Shown in pieces: positions 42,533-42,790 of a stretch of DNA of 42,790 nt. Under the pieces are notes generated by a model, which searched no databases, had not been told where the DNA came from, and saw only the letters and a list, made by a program, of their open reading frames with translations. The stretch's first letter is position 1, and each line of letters opens with the position of its first letter. The stretch spans positions 1-42,790 of the forward strand of contig JBIPLS010000002.1 of assembly GCA_044368305.1 (NCBI GenBank), read 5' to 3'. Both the position numbers and the translations under genes were made by a program. Origin of the DNA: Pirellulales bacterium. Lineage in GTDB: Bacteria; Planctomycetota; Planctomycetia; Pirellulales; UBA1268.

Positions 42533-42790
42533 ATGCTCAGCCTGCAAGCACCGACGTCCGCCCGCTGGCTCGCCCAGGTCGATGCCGGGCTCGACGAGAT
42601 CCTCGTGGACCACGCCCACTGCGAGAAGAAGGCGGCCGGGGTGGCGATGAACCTGCTCTTCTCCTACGTGGACCACGTCGATCTCGCCCGGGCGATGACC
42701 GAGATCGTGAACGAGGAACTGGACCACTTCCGGCAGGTGCTCGACCTCCTCGGCCGGCGCGGGATCCGCTTCCGCAAGCTCGTCCCGAGC
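42533..42790 (+). CDS. miaE: tRNA-(ms2io6A)-hydroxylase MiaE, N-terminal 86 codons (3' end outside the window)
   Basis: Open from ATG 42533 to the window edge, so it is absent from the ORF track. MLSLQAPTSARWLAQVDAGLDEILVDHAHCEKKAAGVAMNLLFSY...EIVNEELDHFRQVLDLL carries the diiron E..H motifs typical of MiaE. Confidence 0.8.
   Translation, partial: MLSLQAPTSARWLAQVDAGLDEILVDHAHCEKKAAGVAMNLLFSYVDHVDLARAMTEIVNEELDHFRQVLDLLGRRGIRFRKLVPS

Noticed and set aside
42250-42534. 5' extension of DUF2237 (track ORF 41854..42534, 226 aa)
   Set aside because: DUF2237 proteins are about 120-130 aa, and homology starts at MIAFDRP (ATG 42249). The extension runs through the inverted-repeat element and has poor coding character, with many rare-looking codons and a Cys/Ser/Arg-rich translation.
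1-42790. Search for CRISPR arrays, rRNA/tRNA genes, transposases, integrases, restriction-modification, toxin-antitoxin or known anti-phage modules
   Set aside because: I saw no spaced direct-repeat array, no T-loop/anticodon-arm candidates and no rRNA-like conserved blocks. No ORF carries DDE/tyrosine-recombinase, nuclease-methylase or TA-like motifs. The SNF2 helicase has housekeeping neighbours (hemE, phoB/phoR-like) rather than Zorya/DISARM-type partners.

Overview
This is a very GC-rich (roughly 70% by eye), gene-dense chromosomal segment. I call about 37 protein-coding genes, and almost no space is unaccounted for. The many long R/G/P/A-rich ORFs antisense to, or out of frame with, these genes are the usual high-GC artefacts. 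The gene content points to a Gram-negative, Planctomycetota-like genome, but that is inference only: secreted sulfatase, PQQ-like beta-propellers, a secreted prenyltransferase-like alpha/alpha-toroid protein, and an Omp85/BamA with a P/Q-rich insert. Left to right the window holds: an AraC fragment; a methyltransferase plus GT2 pair; an ion-transport block (RCK-pore-RCK K+ channel, short MgtE, DUF202, lactate permease); sulfatase; aldo/keto reductase; a PQQ propeller; an HI0933-type flavoprotein; GT9 plus BamA (envelope); a YrdC-like::LMW-phosphatase fusion plus rpiB; three uncharacterised or secreted genes; DUF4239-hemA-hemX-like divergent from hemE; a large SNF2 helicase; a phoB/phoR-like two-component pair; a minus-strand run of SDR-like, LOG, beta-CASP RNase, unknown membrane protein and csrA; a secreted unknown; a 1003-aa three-domain secreted fusion; an EmrE-like SMR; TauE; DUF2237; and the 5' end of miaE. 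I found no rRNA, tRNA, CRISPR array, transposase, integrase or recognisable defence or toxin-antitoxin module. I do not see a clear-cut new multi-gene system. The least explained signals are: (1) a 133-nt element closed by an 18-bp helix in the DUF2237/miaE divergent intergenic region; (2) the csrA neighbourhood and its 297-nt structured, repeat-bearing upstream region; (3) domain fusions and apparently degenerate enzymes (YrdC-like::arginine-phosphatase-like, an SDR-like protein with no Tyr or Lys, a SWIM-like motif missing two ligands, a propeller-esterase-lactonase fusion); and (4) a recurrent -10-like hexamer 6-9 nt upstream of several start codons that lack an SD, suggesting leaderless mRNAs. 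All functional calls come from motif recognition by eye. No database search was run.
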